Shown here one piece after another: positions 47,563 through 62,100 of a DNA stretch of 64,000 nucleotides; positions within the stretch are counted from its first letter, which is position 1, and each line of letters begins with the position of its first letter. The stretch lies in assembly GCA_965285935.1 (NCBI GenBank), contig OZ260662.1, forward strand, positions 14,942,001 to 15,006,000, read 5' to 3'. Under the pieces are notes generated by a model. It was not told the origin of the DNA. It saw only the letters and a program-made list of their open reading frames with translations, and did no database searches. The position numbers and the translations under genes are program-made. The DNA comes from Ophelia neglecta (Eukaryota).

Positions 47563-50500
47563 TCATTTGTATATTGACTCTTATTAAGTCCAATTGAACG
47601 AAATGAAGTCCTCAAATAATGTTGTACTTAGACATGTTAATGCAATATTCATCTGTGGTTTTGGTAAATGCCCATTTTGACCTGTAGAGTTTCTTTTGGT
47701 CAATAATTTAGTTATCACGGCAACTTGTCCGTAAATATCGAGACGAAAAGCCAAGCCTCTTGCAAATGCCACACGCCTGGAAGAGGGCATACCGTAGAAG
47801 TTTGGGAAATAGGAAATTTGTTGTCAGGAATGGGAAGTTTATTATTGACCAATCATAGTATTATCTTGTGATATTAATAGACAAGAAATAGGTAACCCCC
47901 TGTTTTTCGGTTGTTCCTTTCAGTTCCAGATGTAGTGGATTAATGCACTGACATAATTTCTTAAGTTTTTGTTGTTGAAAGAAAATAAATACAATACTGA
48001 TCAGCCTGTGAATGAAAATTTTCTGTCTATGTGTAACTTTCCATGCTTCGTCAAATTTCTCCTATAAAGTCCAACTCAAAACGCTAGAATAACAAGACGC
48101 CTTGAAGAGGCAAATCAATGTTTATGACCGGGCGAAGGTAATAACCCATGATCCTTGGTAGTTCCTTTCGTAACTGTAAATATTTCATAGTTATAATTAT
48201 GTGTAAATATGATATATATTATTCAATACATATAATATAAATGATAAGAATAATGTAAGTTAAAACTTGTTAATTTCGGTTTACTCAATATCTTAGCGAT
48301 ATATACTATATAAGTCATTCAGTTAGACATATCTGATAAAAAGAAACTAATTATAATTCGAAGAAAGGGTTATTCTTTAAAAAAAAATTGTTTTGCTGAT
48401 ACAGACAAATAATCGCTTCCGCAGCATGAATGGCAAACATCTAGCTAGTGATGTTCTCAAGGACAAACTGACCCCATAAGCTTATAACTTTTGCTGACCA
48501 TATTTTATATATAACGGTATGCTGTATCGGCGAAACATATAGATCGGTCATTATTTTGCTCTAGTCTCGTGTCGGGGTTTCATTTTATTTCGTCACACTA
48601 ATAGTAAACCTATGATATTAACGTTTATCATTTACCTAATATTCAATGAACATAACTAAATTATATTCTTGAAATAAGTTCGTGCCCTGCAGGGGGCTAT
48701 ACTCGATGTACCTTGATTAAACCAGGGAAGGTCTTTCTTAAGCGTAGGCTACAATCCGAACATGTATTCAAATATTTCGCTACGGCAAAAAAGGCATTTC
48801 TAGACACACTAGGCGGGTACTGCTAACTCTACTTTGTTGATTGTGTTCTCAACAGTTACTCTAGACAACTTTCCCTGTGCTTTTTACTAGGATCCATATT
48901 AACGACGAGGGAGTCTTAATTCTAGTTTCCAGACAATAGCGAAGTGCAAAGGAGTGGTAATAAGTTAATAACCAAGGCCGTGAAAATGAATTCATGACTC
49001 TAAAAATCCCATTAGTGTCTTCTCATGACGTATAATTTCCAGGAAGCAAGTAAATTGCATTGTATTTGCATCCAGATGTATAGTAAGGGAAAGTATTATT
49101 TGTTGAATATTACTGAATAATCACCAGACATATAATACAAAAGATGAAATAATAGAAGCAAATACCCTTTGTATTGTAATGGCCAACCTACAATAGTGAC
49201 GTGCGGTAAATGTTTATTTCTCAATTTAGCCGATGCATCGAGCTGTCGGTGTGAGTGGATGTAAGATGCAAGGATGAAAAACACAGACTATAAAACTAGC
49301 ACGAGATAGCCTGTCGGTAGGATCATTTGTTACAATTTGACACCATTCTGTTATTAACATTATTTATATTTAACATTTTATTGGATGCGTGGAATAAGCT
49401 CGCCACCGAATATAATTGTGAATTACAAGCATTCGACGTTTCTGTACCCAACGATCATGTGTCTCATTCAATCGAAGCAATCAAGCGGACAATGAAATAT
49501 TTTCTACAACAGAAAGTTCGCCTTCGGGGGTCAAAAATATGCAATTTTCAACTTGCTTTTGAGGGCTCTAATTTTTGAAGTCAGTGCTCACGAAATCAAA
49601 CATCACGAGAAGATGACAACCGCCCAACTTGATACCATGTATTATGTTTTAAGAAATGTTGGATGGCAAGATGCATATATACAGAAAAACACATATACAT
49701 ATAACTAGATAAGTTTGGCAATATGTTCCTAGAAATTAAACTTTCTTATCTACTCAGGAATTGTTGACCGTAAGAAAAAATAAATTTGACTAGCTGTCGT
49801 GAAAGACTTTTTACTTGATAGCATGATAGTGTTCACTGATGCAAAGAAAAGAAATGATTCTCATTATCCCCTGGATCAAGTGAAGAAGCATGGCATGTAC
49901 AATCAGAGGTATACATCCACTGAAATAGCTGAATTCAATTTTGAGAGGGAAGAACTCTCCAGTCCTATGTTCGCCCCTGCCGTCTATAAGATGTAGAAAC
50001 TCCTCCCTTTAACTAGGCAAAGAGGTTATCATTGTATTTGATAATATCAAAATAGATTCATAAGCCCGGATGACAAATTGTTCAAAAAAATTTTTTATGT
50101 GAATACGAAGCTGATCTATTGCTCAAAGATCAGCCTTCAATTTATGTTCAACGCACGGATATATTAAACTCATTAATCTAGTTTAATTTTGGTTTGATTA
50201 ATTAACCAGGAACTGATAATTTTATAATGGCTTTCTGTCATTATGCAGGTGTTTGCTCATGTAGCACCATTGAAACCGTCGAAAAGGCACTTAACATTCT
50301 TATTGCCATACTATTTAAATTTACGATTGAAACCGTTTGTCCAATTAGCATAAAAGCATTTTATCAATTTTATGAAGCATCAAATTTACATTTAAACCAC
50401 ACTCGACATACTAAAGGTTCTTCTTAGGCGTAAGAAGGATCTAAAGACACACTGCGTGGACAATATACACGGCAATCCAATCATACTAAAGACACGTATG

Positions 50501-53500
50501 CCATTGTAACCTAAAAGTATCGCCCTCGATCGAGAGCTCACCACTGCTGTTAATCTGGTGGAATGTCTGGATAGTCCGCCATTCCTATCATCACGGCACT
50601 TTTCAGATCCCTATTGACACATTCCACGAGCTTTGTTGTCTATATGGTTGTGTGCTGAAGGATCATTATATTCTATATTTTGAAATAAGAATATTTCAGT
50701 TTTATAGATAGCAATAACTATTAAAATGATCCTCTGGCACTTCGTATGGATGTTTCATTATAATACCTGTTCAATTATGTATCGACTTTTTAACGGAATT
50801 TCACCATTTCATATTTGTCAGTATAACAGGATTATTATCTATTTCAAAATTCAATGATGGAGGTAATCGCCTGTGAATAGCCTTCGTAAAACGAATCTTA
50901 TAATGATACACAGATGCCAAGAATGAAGGCGAGCGCAACTTCACGCCATATTTGGTGTTCTTTTTATCCTTGTTGGAAATTTGATCCACATTTCCTTGGT
51001 GCCACTGGAAATAAATATTACCAGTTTGTTAAGCAGGAAATTGTTAAATGGGCACACCGAGCTTTGCTCTGGGAAACTTAGAAATAGGAAATTTGCCTGT
51101 GAATCTTCTCTGTTGACAATTTCTCAGTACAAGCGAAATCAAGTTTATCTTTTCGGTTTTTGCAGTACAATAGTATTTACTGCTTGGGAGGCGCTGAATG
51201 ATATATTGATATATATGGGAATGTGGGTGCAGACTCCTGATGTTTTCGGACCTATTAACGGCTTTTGTCTGTTTTGTTTTTCCTGAGTGGGTTCAGTATA
51301 GGTTAACAGGAAGGTAGGAAATGTAAGTAGTATTCCAGCCTTTTGACGAGCGTCGGCAGCAGATACTATGCGAATGGAAACGCTCCTCTGAGCGACCTTT
51401 TCCGACCTGTCCTGTGAAACACACTCTATTTAACGCAAAATCGGTTTGCGTGTCTTCGTAAAAGAATTCGTAGGCAATAAAAGGCAAATATCGTTAGAAG
51501 AGGACCGTTAGTGATACTTTGCTAAATGGGCGCCCTAATCAACCTTCATGAAAATGATTTTGTCTTCTACAAATACTTGCAGCGTTGTTCACACGCTGTT
51601 AAGACATCCACTTACACCAAATACAAGTAACCTAGGCTAGGCTTATTCAAAGAAGGCAATGATTTTAAATGCTCCAGCTTTTCGGCCCACCTAATTGGCA
51701 TTCAGCTTTGAACAGAGCGGGACTCATAAAACCAGACGAACGAGATAACGTCATCTTACAGCAAATTTCAGTTTGGCGAGACAAGGAAAAAACGTATTGA
51801 TCATAGGGTGCCAAGAAAAGACGGCAGTATCAAAATCGTAGTCTCTTGTACACAAATTTGCACAGAAAGGAAAGGTTTTTTAAACTGATTTAAATAAAAT
51901 TGCATCCAAAAGGTTAGTCATTAATGCGTACTATTTTTATCAAGAATTTCTTTTCTATTTTTATTTATAAAATTGTATTTTAATAATAAACGTGGTCATA
52001 AATATGATGGCACGATTCATATTCAAGACGGAATCGTCCAGCTTAGGCTCAACGGGAAAACACGGCAACTTTATACACCGTATTGTTCTGGTTCGTTCAT
52101 TTTTAGTTATTGCTATACTGTGTATTTAACGAACGGTGTTTTGGAAATAAGGGATGATCTTTGATTTCAAAATGATTAATAAGGTTTTCCTGGTCAAGTA
52201 GTTCAAGTAATTAATCGCTTTCCATAATATTGCAGGCTAAGTTATATCACAGTGCAGTTGGTACTAATGATTTTCCAACTAAAAGCTGTATCGTCACTAG
52301 CAGTGTGCATTCACTACTAAAGATTATCTTACTTTGGAAATATGAAAGGCCCCTTTTATTTATAAGTTCTTCATGAGCAAAGGAGGTCGTTCCAATCGCC
52401 TCATTACTTCGATAAACAATCAACCGTTAATACATATTAACCAGACATTATTGTTTCCACATTGCCCATGTACATTTACCTGTGTATATTAAAGCAGTAA
52501 TCTTTCTATTTGCAACATGTAAGATGAATCTTTTGGGAAAAAATATGACATCTGTTTTTATCTTCTCGCATAGGCTATTTGGAATGACTATTTGAATAAA
52601 AATGTCTTCTTTTTGAACTATGTATTTGTTTTACGAATACGTAATTTAAAGCAAATTGCACTGTTTAGTAAGAAATGGATAGCCCTAAATTGCCCTCGGA
52701 GAGAGTCGGGAGGATCTTCATGTGATTTGACCTTTTCGAAGAGTACGTTTTTTCAACACGAGTAAAGTTTTTTCTGGACTTTAAATAGATAATGGTCGGC
52801 AGAAGGTTTCCCAGACGGTTGTGCCACTGTCTGGCACGATATGTAACTGACTGATTGCCGGCCTGTGACAACCTTTACAAGTGAGGAAGTATTCTGGGCT
52901 CGAGGGTCTTTCCAGGCGACTATTATTATGAATAATTCGGAACCTCAAACAAGCTTTCACAATAAGAGTCCTCCACCAGCTTTCGTGCTTTACTACATTA
53001 TGCAGGGCAATATTATTGTGTGATAGCAGTTAAAAGTATGATGGCATTTACTGTCTGCATTGTATGAGGCGCCAATGCACTTCTTATCTTCCGATAATAT
53101 GCAATGTCTCTTCACCAAAACGCATTGATTTGCCATTAATCCTGGAAAATAAAATGTTGCCACCACGAAGTTTAATTATTTGTCACTGAATGTCATTGCA
53201 ATATGAAGTACTATTTGATTTTAGACTCAATTTGCTTCGCCAGGGCTTTCAACTCTAGTTTCTAGTGTTTGCACTCAATTATATTTCTGTCAGTGTAGCT
53301 GGGCCATCCTGCCATCAACATGGGTGGAATTTTGTTATAAGGCTATTTCGGGAATAAAAGGCATGGCATCCATGCAGTAGAGGCTCCATTGCTAGTATTG
53401 TTTGTTTTCTGAGCCTTTTGATCTTGTCTGATATCTGCGGTTTTATTAAAACAGCAGAATAGCATTCTGTATCAGAAATTTACTTTATAATGGTTTCAAA

Positions 53501-56500
53501 GCATATCCTGCTTTGAAACCATAGATAGTGCAATATAATATTTCACTTGGTGTAGAAAACCAGTCACGCTTGTATTGTGACTGAACACGTGCATCTACAA
53601 CATAAGATATAAGTATACACTAGATGCGCATGGATGAGCGAATGAAATCACAGCTATGACAGTACTTCATTGCGTGTTTAAAGGAGTTTGGGTGTCTAAG
53701 CAAGGGGTCTATTGTTAAAATCAGATAGAAAATCACATGCCCTAAAAAAGGCCACTAGTCTCTAAGTAAACAACCCCGTATGCTGGGCAAATTAAGGAAT
53801 AGTAATTTTACTAATGGAAAATCCTAATAACCACTTGTGTCGCACGTATATACATATGCCTATGTTGTGGCTACTAACACGTACGAACAATATTTCCGGT
53901 CGCTTATGTTACAGCTTATATTCAGATTTCACAAGAAAGCTTTCATTTACCTGGTAATCTGATCTTTTATGCTAAAAACTGGTACATTGTTATGAGGGAA
54001 AATACCAGACTGTACAGCTTCTCCATATAAAGTGCAGGAGGACCCCAGTATTATTGTGGCACCGCCCGTCTTGGGGCAAATTGTGCAACAATGACCTTGG
54101 GTTTCACCCATGACTATAATTGACTCTTAAAACGCATAGGGATAAATTATAGACAATGACCACCGTCTCAGAACGGGACATTTTTCTCGCCTGTGATATT
54201 TAAATGTGTACACTATTTCTGCACGGTTGTATAATGTTTTTCCCCAGGTCATGAAACCTCCAAAAATATATCAATCGCCAGGTTGTCCTACTAGACTCTG
54301 GAATCGCTTTGGTCGCCCTAGGTAGGGCCTTTCTGAACGAGTACAGGTGTAAAGAAGAAACGGGAATGACAAAGTTGTTATTTAAGTGCAATGTATAAAC
54401 ATCGACGGTTTATGGTGTATATGGCGTTTATGGTGTTATGACGTTATTTTTACATAAAGGAGGCCGCTGCCGTTTTTGATCCGCAACCATGACACTACAA
54501 TTATTAATTAGACATTGGCAAAGAAATCGGTAAAATCCTTTTGCTGTAACTATCGTTGATTAATGGGAGGCGTCGTCCATGCTTTCAATATTGGATTTCA
54601 GAGAGAGCTTTAAAAAGGTCAGTATGAGGATTATGCAGCAATGACCTATAAAATATTCCTCTTACCGCATTGGAATAAAAGTTACATACTCTTACTGGGC
54701 TTCTGATATACGCTGCACAGTATCACTGATGCAAGGAGTCGGACTTGTTGCCAGACATCAATGGTACCATCCGCAAGACCTTAACATGGCTGAGTAACGT
54801 GTTCAGAAATCAATACTACAATACATCTCGCGTAGAAAAGAAGTGTGCATAACAACGACAAATGTCAGCTATGATCCATATATATCGCTCAAATCCTCAG
54901 GAAAACTGGAATGATCAATGTAAGTAGTTACATCTAAGCACACAAGGTATTTGTTTTCACCAATTGTATTCATCTGCATCTATGGTTACATATCAGTTAA
55001 CTCAGTCAAGGTGCCATGGCACTGAAAACAAGTCTGCGTATAGCGTCAGTAAGTAGTGGACGGGAGCACTTAAAACAGAAATGGGATCATGAAACTCTGC
55101 AGAGCTAGACAGATATGTGCGAGCTAATCGAGATATATGAGTTATTAATAAAACAGAAACGTGTTGAGGTCTCTATCTTAGTCTTTACAAGATAAATTTT
55201 ATTAAGTAGACCTTGCTCTCATTATGATGATGTGTGTAGCAAAATCATTCAGGTATATTCACTGTATGAAAAGTATTTAACGTTTTTCCACTGTAAAAAT
55301 TCTTCATTTTATTCTGCTTCGGCGTTGAACCTGCTTATTACGCTACTACAGCAATGAATTGGTATGTTTGCCACTGTTAACAGTAAATATGGAAGACATC
55401 AATAAGAGATTAGAGACTCATTTAGTATGATTTGGTCCCATTAATTTGACGTTTGTCAAAGGGTTCAGCCCTATTGAAGTCAATCCAGGTAACACGATAC
55501 AGGCCTTGTCTGGCGATAGTGCAGCCACCAGGACGATCAATTTTCCATTTTCCGTAAATAAACTATCGGATTAATTAATCCATCTCATAGTCAGTAAAAT
55601 TTCCATGTATTTGTGTGTTGACCTTCTGTATGATTTATGTCATACAAATGCTGTTCGATAAGAAAACTGCCAGGCATTTGCTTTAAGCATGACATACTGT
55701 GTAGATTTCTTCAATGCAAATAAAATGAAGTACAAACTAATCGATGGAGAATTTATTTACAAAGGTTATGAAATAGGGCCAGGGTGACTTCAAATGAAGA
55801 TCCCACGATTTGAAAGATTTGTGACGATATATCTTCAGCTATACTAATCCGTAACTGTCAAAAAATTACCACACTAGAATGAGGATGTGACAACACTGTC
55901 ACTAGCAATCTATTTCGTGAGGGAAAGGGGTCTGAAAATATTGTACACGATCACCTATCTTCTGTTATCTGTAGTTTAGGATAGTGGACGCCTGAGTGAT
56001 GTTTTCTGAAAACATGCAATGCTTTGATGATCTTATTGTGGATTCTCTGTCCGGTATCCTGTCCCGATATTTAAATTATCACCAGCACACCCAGAGTGTT
56101 ACAACGAACTTTCGACGCACCACCAATACCTAAGGTATGTGCCTCAAACAGCGTTAGGTTGATTGCCTCCATTAAAGTCTACACTCCTGATGTTGTTTCC
56201 TATTGTCTTGTGTAGTTTGAATGTAAAAAAACGATGGTTTTGTACCTTGGAGCTGAATGAACCAGGTGTTATTTTCGTGATTTGCAGTCCTATCCAAAGA
56301 TGTTAATTCTTGTATGCATATATATACATATGTTGTTCATTCTCATATAGGCAAGTAGTTGGCATTTTACGCCCAAATTTGGTCAACTGTGATGTAGCCG
56401 CCAATTTTGATGCCGCCGATTATTTCATTTAATATCAAAAGAATTGTACTTTCCACAAATACTCTAAGTAGCGATCGCTATACATTTCCCCTAAGCAATA

Positions 56501-58959
56501 TTTTCCGACAAACTCGAGAGATTAAACCTGGTGGACCGACATAATCCATTGTTTTAAATATAATATTTGCTTTGGCGATTTCGATGGAAAAAAGAAGCCT
56601 TGCATTTATTTCAGCAGTTAACGCTGTGAATCCTTCATTGAAAGGTTTTCATGTGTAGTTATTTCAAACATACTGCTTTTTTATGATTATCGGGACTGCA
56701 TTTCCCTGTCAAACCTGATTTCATCTAACTGCGGAAAGGCTCATTTTGTTGTCAGCAAAATCTGTGCCAGTCCACAACTGGCATTTAATATGCACTTTCA
56801 CGTTACATTACACTTTCAATTATAGTTGAATATTAAAGGCTTTCGTGAAACAGTTTAAGGGATGGATGGCAAACACGGAAGCGAGTAATCCTTCCTTTCA
56901 GATTATTACAAGCTACAATGGGATGTCCTGACTGGTCTTGTTGGCGAATATATTCCCGCGTGCTGGTGTAAAAATATATTTCATTCGCGACTAGTCATGA
57001 CCTGTGGCTGCTCTTTTGAGATAACAGGCTTTATTTTTTAGTAATAAAAGGAGGGAAAAATGACACCTATTGTAAAATATCTCTTATGCATAAAACAGGT
57101 AGTTATGAGCAACCGGCTAAGAAAATTCATCCCGGAATAAGACTGGCATGATTGTACCATTGTATGTGTCTATGACCTAGGATCAATAATTGGTTATTTA
57201 TGAAGTAATGACGTCTGGAGAAATATTAACATGTAACGAAAAAAACATGAATCGGCCCGGCCATGTCGTATATATGCAAAGGCGAGCACTATAAAAAGGA
57301 TTGATAGGCAAATGTAGAGGCAACATGTGGTGTACAGTTTATTAGCGACCATACTATAAAAAAGTTCCAGTTTCATCGTCAATCTATTAATGTTAAAACG
57401 TTTATGGGTCTAATAATAATAGTGATACTAATAATATTATTATATTTTTATTTTAATGAACTGTATGGCTATTCAAGGACACGCAGGCCAACCATAAATA
57501 GATATTACCTATATACCCATAATAAGCGACCTCTCCAGGCTATTAGCCACACACAATCCCTGGCCCCGGCGTCTATCTCATTCCCGTTCAGCCACCTTTA
57601 GCATATACGGGATATATGTAACAACATATAGTAATTCATCGTTTATGTATTATCATGAATATAACGGTTAGTTACTAGCCCTACGAACTAAGTACTAAAA
57701 CTACAAAATTATTTGTGTCGTTCTCCAATGTTGTCCTAGTAAGAACACAATCCATGCAATTTGCGTGCAAACGCCCCTCTATTTATTACATTGGTGCCTG
57801 AACGCCGTTGGTGATTTAAATCGAACGCATCTCTTTATCGACGTTGGCTTCGTGTGCCATCCTGAAATTAATTCTTTTCCAGTGAAAATGATTCCGTACT
57901 TTTGTGCAATGGCGTTAGTAATGCAAAAAAAACATTATCTAGAAATTCGATCGTCTTTTATCACACACCTCGGCACTTTGTTTAAAACAAAGAGCCACGA
58001 AAATACAATTACAAATTGTTATTGAGGTTGGGATGAATGCATTGTTGGGAACAACTAAACGAAATAAGCCGGGCTTTCTATAAAATATGCTTCCCCTTTC
58101 CACGGATAAATATTGTATCATGCAGCAAAGGATAGGAATTGGGTAAAATAAGTTCTTTTTTTGTAATGTATATGTTCTTCTTAAGCCATGTGTTGAGTTT
58201 TTGCATCGATCTACCATATTGAGTAAAACATCAGAAACTAAAGAGGCAACTCTTTTTTCACATTATGTATTGTTTATTGTTTTCTTTCCCATTTCATTGA
58301 TCAATTAAACGGCTTTGTTAGACAACAAATTGAATACTTTCGGAGAACCAATTGATTTGGCTATAGTGAAGGTTTCTAGCAAGAGCCAACTCTGGTTGGA
58401 AGTATGCCTTAATTAAGCCGAATGAGTTCTGTCACCGCGCGATTGTTCGGCTGCATTTTAGTCATACGTTGACATTCACATTCTCGAAATATCATAATTC
58501 AAAACTCTCAGGTAAATGGCTATCAACTCTGTAACAGCGTTCTTCTCTTGGCTTCACCTAAAATTTTGTCAGATGACACAACGAATTTGGTGTAAACATA
58601 GCTTTTCTTAGCAGTACACAGATTATTTGGCATTTAATGTTTACTCATAAGCTATTTACATGACGAAAAATTTAATTAACTAATTCATTTGAGCCACAGT
58701 TGGCTTGTAGTGGAAACTGGTATATGGAACATATGTGTTTTAATAGTATGTTTTATATAAGAATCGGCTTTCGACTGTTATTTTCATACAGTCGATTATA
58801 CTCAATAAGAACATACCATTGGCCAACTCGTATAGCTAATAACCATATGTATAATCATGTATAAGCTTTTGTTGGATGCAACCACTTGTTTGAGCCAAGT
58901 ACTAACGGACTTCTTAAGTGCAACCGCGTGCCTGTGACAGGGTTAATGTTAATTAACAA

Positions 58960-59178
58960 GGGGAGTCTCCGTGGTCCAGTGGTAGCGTGCTGGACCTCCG
59001 ACCTCCAAGGTCTGAGTTCGAACCCAGCCTGAGAGGGCTGTTTTCAACCTAACCTTGTGTCGGGGGAGTGATTCATCAGACCTTCGCCTCATTATTCCAA
59101 GAGACTCCCTGTCCCGATATGACCTCTCAAGTGTTGAAAGGGACGTTAAAACCCATACATTTAACATTTAACATTTAA
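58960..59178 (+). mobile_element. Young tRNA-derived SINE with (CATTTAA)3 tail and 13-bp TSD
   Basis: A box TGGTCCAGTGG 58972-58982; B box GAGTTCGAACCC 59014-59025; Arg(CCG)-like anticodon arm; 3' stem-loop followed by GGGACGTTAAA; TSD ACAGGGTTAATGT at 58937-58949 and 59178-59190. Confidence 0.9.
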
Positions 59179-62100
59179 CAGGGTTAATGTCTAGTACAAC
59201 TATAAATGTAATACTTGCCTGGCCCCGATTTACATCTAAGCCTCTGGCAGAGTAAGTGAAACCCACATATATTATTTCAAGTCAAGTCAATACATTAATG
59301 CTCCCCTTGTTCAAGGTAAACCAGGGATAAACTTTTTAATAATTAGTTGGTAACATAACATTGATAGTGTGCTTTGGTTAGGCTCAAAATAACTGCAATC
59401 CTACTAGTTCACATTTTTATTACTCGGCCACCATTAATATGAATCCTCCAATAAGGATGTTCTGGCGCAACCTTTTATATAAATAAGTGATTATTATATT
59501 GTTATATGGTTTTATTTTTTGGTTATGCAATCATCCTTATGGAGTGTTTACGTTGCTAGCACATTAAACAATAAATTTAAAACCAAAGCCATGTCTACAA
59601 TTACAAAACTACAGCTTACCAGTTGTGCTTATTTAAGAGCATGTATATACACAAACTCAATATCATTGCATAAGCCTTCAAACTGATAAAATCACAATGC
59701 TTATTGGGCGGGGGAGCATGCCAATAACGGTTCATTTGAGTACTTCAATCGAGCACTTTATTCTATTGGTGATGTGTCATGCCCTATCAAATTATTAACC
59801 CAAATAATTTGTTGCTATATATAAAATATCATGTAGCGCATCTGCGAGATATCATGTACACATGCGCACCGATAATCGATAAACGACGGTGTAGTGGTCG
59901 GGAAAGCTAAGGAAGGAACATCGATACACATCATTTGAATTGCAAGAACTCTCGTGCTGTGTGTAGCGGCAATTTATTACTGATGCAATGGGACTGAATT
60001 CTTATATACATTTTATAACAATATCGAGTAGAATCGATTAAAAACAATTTTACTGCATCTATTGTCTCACATTCACTCCATATGAAATAAGCTAAGCCCA
60101 TACTAGGATATATTGAGGCGTTGTCCTATGTTCCAATTGACCATTGCATCTTGTGTTTTGTAGTCTTATGTACAACCCGGGAAACGGTTAATGTTATTAT
60201 GCATTTGCTTTTTGACTGCATTGAAGGCTTGCAGCTAACGGTACTTTATGATCTTTATGAAATTTGATTAATGATCCTTTCCGACTCCCGACCCCCAGCT
60301 CTCGCACCTTCCATCTTGAAGGGGTGTTGGAAAATTGTTTTTGCAATGCTATTGACAGGAATAATAACTAAAAACAGCTGATCCGCAAGTATTATTGTGT
60401 ATTGCAGAATGAGTTGATGATTAGTAATTACTTGGCTGATCTTTATACTTCTTAGCATACTAATCACCATTTTAAGTACTTTGATGCCAATGAATCAATC
60501 TTTATTATCTCATCCATTCCGCATCATGAGGTTCAATTTCAAGGAGCATCTAAAAACACCTTCAACTAGTAATCAATCAGCGGTAACTAGACAGCTTGGC
60601 CTCGTCTGCAGCTTATCGCCTAGTAGGATCGGCAACTCCGTAAATAGGCGGCCTTGGTAAAGGACTAGGCACTAGGTTACTTATCCCCAAAAAGGGAAAT
60701 TTTTCCATTAATTACCGCACCAGCCCATTGTTTGTCTATCGAAATTCGCCAATGATTGTAAACGAATTGAAAGGCAGTTGCAAAGAATCGACTGGGTCTT
60801 ATGTGTTTCCAAATAGTACTAACTGTAACCTTTTAAACTAAAATTTCCTTTTTTCTTGCATATTAGTGCGGTGAGATGGAAACAAAAAAACTGATCTGCC
60901 CATGCACCACCATTATTCTCCGTCTGCCACTCCGATGTAGGAGTACAAAATCAAATACTTTTTGTTTAATTTCTTTCACGAAAACATGTATCGATCTTTT
61001 GTTATGTTCTGAAGTCGTATCCATATGGCGAGATTCTTTTGAGAACGGTTTAACATCAGCAAGCGCCTCACCCGAAGACATTTTGGTATATAAGCCAACC
61101 CGTACTGTTTAGTATATTTAACGTAACATAGACAGCCAATGGAATTCGTTAGTAATGTAAGGTTCCAAATTAAGCATTCGTGCCTTGATACCTGAAGTAT
61201 TTAGTAAATTTCAATGAGTGTGAAGGGAGTGCTCATCAGTCATCTGCCTACCCTAGTCAGTGATATTTAAATCTATTAGGGTAGATTTGTTTTTCTCCAT
61301 AATCTATGTTCAACTTGAAATGAAATCTGTTCCATTTAAAATAGATTTCAGACTAGAAGGTTTTTTGGTATCTCAAGGCGCTAAAACGCTCTGCGGTGAA
61401 ATGGTCTCTCCTGCAGATTTCTTGGTGCACGAGAAAGTCGCACTTACACTGATTAGCAAGCAAAACGCACTTATGTATGTGCATTTTTCTTGTAACGCGC
61501 GATGTAAGGCAATAACTTCGAATAGAAACATACACAAAGTCGAAATTGGCAACACCCGACATTTGGTTTTCTATCAATGAAAAAATCCCCCTAGGTGTTT
61601 TTTATATTTTTTTTTTACTAATATTTGTGTGTTTTATATAATATAAAATATCCCACAGATCAACAGAAAAAAATCTATATGGGTGTTGTTGCCATACACA
61701 TTACAATTTATATAAATGTATTTAGCTTTCAGAAACACCTTCCTCTGTACCATGCTTGGCTCCAAATCTGCATATTTGTTAGAAACGGAAATCCTTCGCG
61801 ACTGCACTAAATTGAGTTTTGAGTCACTGTACTGTCTGCTCAGGCATTATGAGTTAAAATTCAAACTGAAATATAATAACAGGCAGGCATAAAATCGCAT
61901 ATTAACGTGGACATATATTCTTGACCTACTCTTGGAGGGTTATGATCGAAGCAGAGTCACGTGTATAGTGTCCATTTTGAAAGTGCAACTTCGCTAGCAA
62001 ATAAGACGTGCTTTCCCTTTGCCTGCATTATGTATTACATTACTAAGGCTCGGATATCGGGCCGGTGGGTTATTTTTGTATTTTCGCTGCCAGTGTAATA

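Noticed and set aside
58960-59035. tRNA-Arg gene
   Set aside because: No proper acceptor stem or poly-T terminator; embedded in a SINE with tail and TSD.
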